The notes beneath the pieces were generated by a model. It had not been told where the DNA came from, made no database searches, and saw only the letters and a program-made list of their open reading frames with translations. From Nitrosospira multiformis ATCC 25196 (GTDB lineage: Bacteria > Pseudomonadota > Gammaproteobacteria > Burkholderiales > Nitrosomonadaceae), in assembly GCF_000196355.1 (NCBI RefSeq), contig NC_007614.1, positions 2,040,001 to 2,072,000 on the forward strand: a stretch of 32,000 nucleotides of DNA, given 5' to 3'. Of this stretch, positions 28,561 through 32,000 are shown piece by piece. Made by a program: the position numbers and the translations under genes. The stretch's first letter is position 1. Each line of letters starts with the position of its first letter.

Positions 28561-29259
28561 ATGATCGAACTACGTCGCGCCCATGAGCGGGGTCATGCCG
28601 ATCACGGCTGGCTGAATTCCTGGCACAGCTTTTCTTTTGCAGACTATTACGATCCCGAGCACACGCAATTTCGTTCGTTGCGTGTGATCAATGACGACAC
28701 CGTCCAGCCTGGGCAGGGTTTTGGCACGCATGGGCACCGCGACATGGAAATTGTCAGCTATGTGCTGGAAGGAGCGCTGGCGCATAAAGACAGTACGGGG
28801 GGAGGTTCAGTAATTCGCCCCGGCAGCGTGCAGCGCATGAGTGCGGGCACGGGTGTACAGCATAGCGAATTCAATGCATCACAAAGTGAAAGAGTCCATT
28901 TCCTGCAAATCTGGTTTTTGCCCAACAAGACGGGTATTCCGCCGGGTTATGAAGAGAAATACTTTGATGAAGCGGAAAAGCGTGGGAAGCTATGTCTGGT
29001 TGCCTCGGCGGATGGCACCAATGGCTCTGTGAAAATACAGACGGATGCGAGGATGTTCGCTGCGCTGCTGGATGGGAACGAGCGAATTGAACAGAGTATC
29101 GGCGCAGGCAATGACGTTTATATCCACGTCGCACGCGGTCGTGTATCACTGAGTGGCGACACGCTGGAAACGGGAGATGCCGCCATGCTTACCGGCGAAG
29201 ATCGTCTGGTTCTCGATCAGGGTCAAAAAGCGGAAGTGCTGGTGTTTGAATTGTGGTGA
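28561..29259 (+). CDS. Pirin family protein (YhhW-like)
   Basis: RRAHERGHADHGWLNSWHSFSFADYYDPEH, GFGTHGHRDMEIVSYVLEGALAHKDS, VQRMSAGTGVQHSEFN. These are the cupin metal-binding pattern of pirins. Confidence 0.92.
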   Translation: MIELRRAHERGHADHGWLNSWHSFSFADYYDPEHTQFRSLRVINDDTVQPGQGFGTHGHRDMEIVSYVLEGALAHKDSTGGGSVIRPGSVQRMSAGTGVQHSEFNASQSERVHFLQIWFLPNKTGIPPGYEEKYFDEAEKRGKLCLVASADGTNGSVKIQTDARMFAALLDGNERIEQSIGAGNDVYIHVARGRVSLSGDTLETGDAAMLTGEDRLVLDQGQKAEVLVFELW

Positions 29260-29266
29260 ACAAAAA

Positions 29267-30685
29267 TCAGGGTGAAAAAAGGTCCTGCCGCCACTCCACC
29301 ACGAGACCCTGTTCGTCGTCCGCTGCCTGAAAATCGCAATCCACGCCTATTCCCGGTACGCAGACCAGCTGCTCTCCGCTGAATATCAGCGGTAACCTTT
29401 GCCGTTGCCAGGGTGGGAGCGATGCTTCCCGCAGCAGGTTTTTAAGGCTCCGGCGTGGGCGCTTGCAGTCTGGACGCAGCCGTTCCCCCCCCTGGCGCAG
29501 ACGGATCGTTACGGGTTGCCCGTTGATCTTTTGCCAGCCGATCCCGGCGCCCATAGAACGTGTAAATCGAAGGGTTACGCCAAGCTCGGAAATGAAAAGC
29601 TGCTCTTCTCCTCGCCAGGGCAAATGCCAGCGGGCCTCGGGAATCGCTTCGACTATCGTTTGGGCTTTTCGTATATGTACCCGGCCTCTGAAGCACCGGA
29701 TTTCCGTATTCCCGAAAACGACATGCAGTTTTGTATCGGAATACGAGGAGACCAGCTGCCGCAGGATTTCTTCAAGCTTTACCGTGCTGGGCAGTACGAC
29801 GGCATGCTGCGCCAGCGTATAGCGCAACAGGTTCCGCGCACGCGGAAAACCCAGTTTCCGCAGATCTTCGACATGGAGTTTTCCGGGTACTGCACATCGC
29901 GCACTATCGACTTCGGCCAATTCATCCAGTAAAGCGGAAGCCTCAGCCATATGGCGGCTGGCGCGCAGGAAAGTCGTACGGTAAGCGGGGAAGCGCTTTT
30001 CCATGAGGGGAAAAAGTTCGTGACGCAGAAAATTCCGGCCGAAAGATATCTCGTCGTTGCTTTCATCGGTAATCCACCGCAAGGCATGCTTTCTCGCATA
30101 GTCTTCGATCTCCCGTCGCGAAACGTCGAGCAGAGGCCGAAGCAGCCTCGGTCTGCCCTCAAGTGCAGGGACGGAGTTCACCGGGACTGTCTCACCCATT
30201 TCTTTTCGCACGGTCCTCACGACCGGCATCGCGCTCAGCCCCTTTACCCCCGCACCACGCAGCAATTGCAGCAGCAGCGTTTCCGCCTGGTCATCCAGAT
30301 GCTGGGCCAGCACGATATAATCCGTTTGAAGACCCCTAAAGATGCGATAGCGCTCTTCACGTGCCGCGGCTTCCAGGCTGATACCGGGTCCTTGGGCAAC
30401 TTTTACCCTGGCAATTTCAAGAGGAATGTTTCGGAACTGGCACAGATTCCGGCAGAATTCACTCCATTTATCTGCATTGGGGCTGATACCGTGGTTGACA
30501 TGAACGGCCGAGAGCGGGAGTTGCATTTGCGAGGCAAGCGGGACAAGCAGATCCAGCAACACCACCGAATCCACTCCCCCGCTCAAAGCGATGGTCAGGT
30601 GATCGCCAGCTGGGACCTGGGTACGCAATACATGCTGCGCCCTGCGCGAGATATTATCTGACTTTGACTTCCTTGAACTGGCCAT
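29267..30685 (-). CDS. tilS: tRNA(Ile)-lysidine synthase
   Basis: [17 protein letters not shown]-loop, [37 protein letters not shown]. The N-terminus overlaps the accA stop. Confidence 0.92.
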   Translation of the reverse strand: MASSRKSKSDNISRRAQHVLRTQVPAGDHLTIALSGGVDSVVLLDLLVPLASQMQLPLSAVHVNHGISPNADKWSEFCRNLCQFRNIPLEIARVKVAQGPGISLEAAAREERYRIFRGLQTDYIVLAQHLDDQAETLLLQLLRGAGVKGLSAMPVVRTVRKEMGETVPVNSVPALEGRPRLLRPLLDVSRREIEDYARKHALRWITDESNDEISFGRNFLRHELFPLMEKRFPAYRTTFLRASRHMAEASALLDELAEVDSARCAVPGKLHVEDLRKLGFPRARNLLRYTLAQHAVVLPSTVKLEEILRQLVSSYSDTKLHVVFGNTEIRCFRGRVHIRKAQTIVEAIPEARWHLPWRGEEQLFISELGVTLRFTRSMGAGIGWQKINGQPVTIRLRQGGERLRPDCKRPRRSLKNLLREASLPPWQRQRLPLIFSGEQLVCVPGIGVDCDFQAADDEQGLVVEWRQDLFSP

Positions 30686-31622
30686 ATCCCATCAGCCGCT
30701 CAAAGCGTTTCTCCAGCAACATGTGGATGGAATATTCCTGCAGGAGCTTGAGCGAGTCCTGCAAGGCTTTCTTTACGGCTTGCATGGTAGCGGGCTGGTC
30801 GCGGTGAGCCCCCCCGGAAGGTTCATCGATGATCTTGTCTATCAGACCCAGGGTCTTGAGCCGGTGCGCCGTGATTCCCATGATCTCGGCAGCTTCAGGG
30901 GCTTTGTCAGCGCTTTTCCAAAGGATGGAGGCACAGCCCTCGGGCGAAATGACGGAATAGGTTGCATATTGCAGCATCTGGATTGCGTCGCCCACTGCCA
31001 CCGCCAGCGCGCCACCTGACCCACCCTCCCCGATAACGGTGCAGATCACGGGCACTTTCAACTCCGCCATTACATACAGATTGTGTCCAATCGCCTCTGA
31101 TTGACCGCGTTCTTCCGCCCCGATGCCCGGATATGCGCCTGGCGTATCGATGAACGTGAACAGCGGGATGGCGAATTTTTCTGCCAGACGCATCAGCCGC
31201 AGCGCCTTGCGATACCCTTCGGGCTTGGGCATGCCAAAATTGCGATGAATTTTTTCCTTGGTGTCGCGCCCCTTCTGGTGGCCGATAACCATGACTGTCT
31301 GGCCGTCAAAACGCGCCAACCCGCCTATTATGGCGTAGTCATCGGCAAAGCCGCGATCGCCGTGGAGTTCTTCGAAATCCGTGAAAAGATTCTGAATGTA
31401 GTCGAGTGTATAGGGGCGCTGCGGATGGCGCGCGACTTGTGAAATCTGCCAGGGCGTGAGCTTCCCGTATATGCTGTTGGTGAGGGACTGGCTTTTCTTT
31501 TGCAGACGCAGGATTTCGGCTGAAATATCGACCGCTGAATCATCCTGGGCAAAGCGCAATTCTTCTATTTTTGCTTCAAGCTCAGCAATCGGCTGCTCGA
31601 AATCCAGAAATGTAATCTTCAT
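30654..31622 (-). CDS. accA: Acetyl-CoA carboxylase carboxyltransferase subunit alpha
   Basis: [91 protein letters not shown]. The track ORF extends to 31703, but the conserved start is ATG at 31622. Confidence 0.95.
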   Translation of the reverse strand: MKITFLDFEQPIAELEAKIEELRFAQDDSAVDISAEILRLQKKSQSLTNSIYGKLTPWQISQVARHPQRPYTLDYIQNLFTDFEELHGDRGFADDYAIIGGLARFDGQTVMVIGHQKGRDTKEKIHRNFGMPKPEGYRKALRLMRLAEKFAIPLFTFIDTPGAYPGIGAEERGQSEAIGHNLYVMAELKVPVICTVIGEGGSGGALAVAVGDAIQMLQYATYSVISPEGCASILWKSADKAPEAAEIMGITAHRLKTLGLIDKIIDEPSGGAHRDQPATMQAVKKALQDSLKLLQEYSIHMLLEKRFERLMGYGQFKEVKVR

Positions 31623-31826
31623 AAAACACCGGTTTAAGCCGAAACGGTAATGATACAGGATCAGGCGAAAACCGAGGAATCTCTCAGTAAGCCGGATGTC
31701 CAAGAGTCCTATTTACCTGTCCCTGTTTGGCCCTGGGCAGGAGGATCATAATTCCGTTTCTGATCAGGAAACGTATAATGGAAGGTTTTTTCCAATCCCT
31801 TCCGGGAACAGAGAGAGGGAAAGACA

Positions 31827-32000
31827 TTGATTACAACAGCCAATATCACCATGCAGTTTGGGGCAAAACCCCTGTTCGAAAATGTTTCGGTCAAATTCGG
31901 CGATGGCAATCGTTACGGATTGATCGGCGCCAACGGGTGTGGGAAATCGACCTTCATGAAAATCCTCGGCGGCGATCTGGAGCCTACTTCCGGCAATATC
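31827..32000 (+). CDS. ABC-F family ATP-binding protein (YbiT-like), partial at right edge
   Basis: Manual translation from TTG at 31827: (M)[56 protein letters not shown], with a complete Walker A. Not in the ORF track. Confidence 0.85.
   Translation, partial: MITTANITMQFGAKPLFENVSVKFGDGNRYGLIGANGCGKSTFMKILGGDLEPTSGNI

Noticed and set aside
1-32000. CRISPR array, prophage, toxin-antitoxin or defence island
   Set aside because: I found no regularly spaced direct repeats, integrase, transposase, Cas, restriction or toxin-antitoxin motifs. The gene content is housekeeping plus the sugar cassette.

Overview
The window looks like ordinary proteobacterial chromosome, and the gene content fits a betaproteobacterium (inference, not a database result). 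It has no rRNA, CRISPR array or intact mobile element that I can support. From left to right it contains: (1) a partial SRPBCC/polyketide-cyclase-like CDS running off the left edge on the minus strand, absent from the ORF track; (2) a tightly packed minus-strand sugar/heptose cassette of IMPase-family phosphatase, GT2, GT9 (heptosyltransferase-like), bifunctional HldE-like kinase/adenylyltransferase, GmhB-like HAD phosphatase, classical SDR, and a 650-aa GT4 glycosyltransferase fused to a GmhA-like SIS domain; (3) tamB and tamA; (4) an ftsH-family protease; (5) a DEAD-box RNA helicase with a long structured upstream region; (6) a group II truncated haemoglobin and a ceramidase/CREST-like membrane protein; (7) a secreted peroxiredoxin, radA, an FMN-binding glutamate-synthase-like protein and a triheme c-type cytochrome-like protein; (8) an MFS transporter with a C-terminal extension and a pirin; (9) tilS, accA and the start of a YbiT-like ABC-F gene at the right edge. 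The best candidate for something under-described is the compact heptose/glycosyltransferase cassette with the GT4-SIS fusion and no HldD-type epimerase. The second is the triheme cytochrome / FMN-synthase-like pair. I saw no convincing new defence or mobile system.
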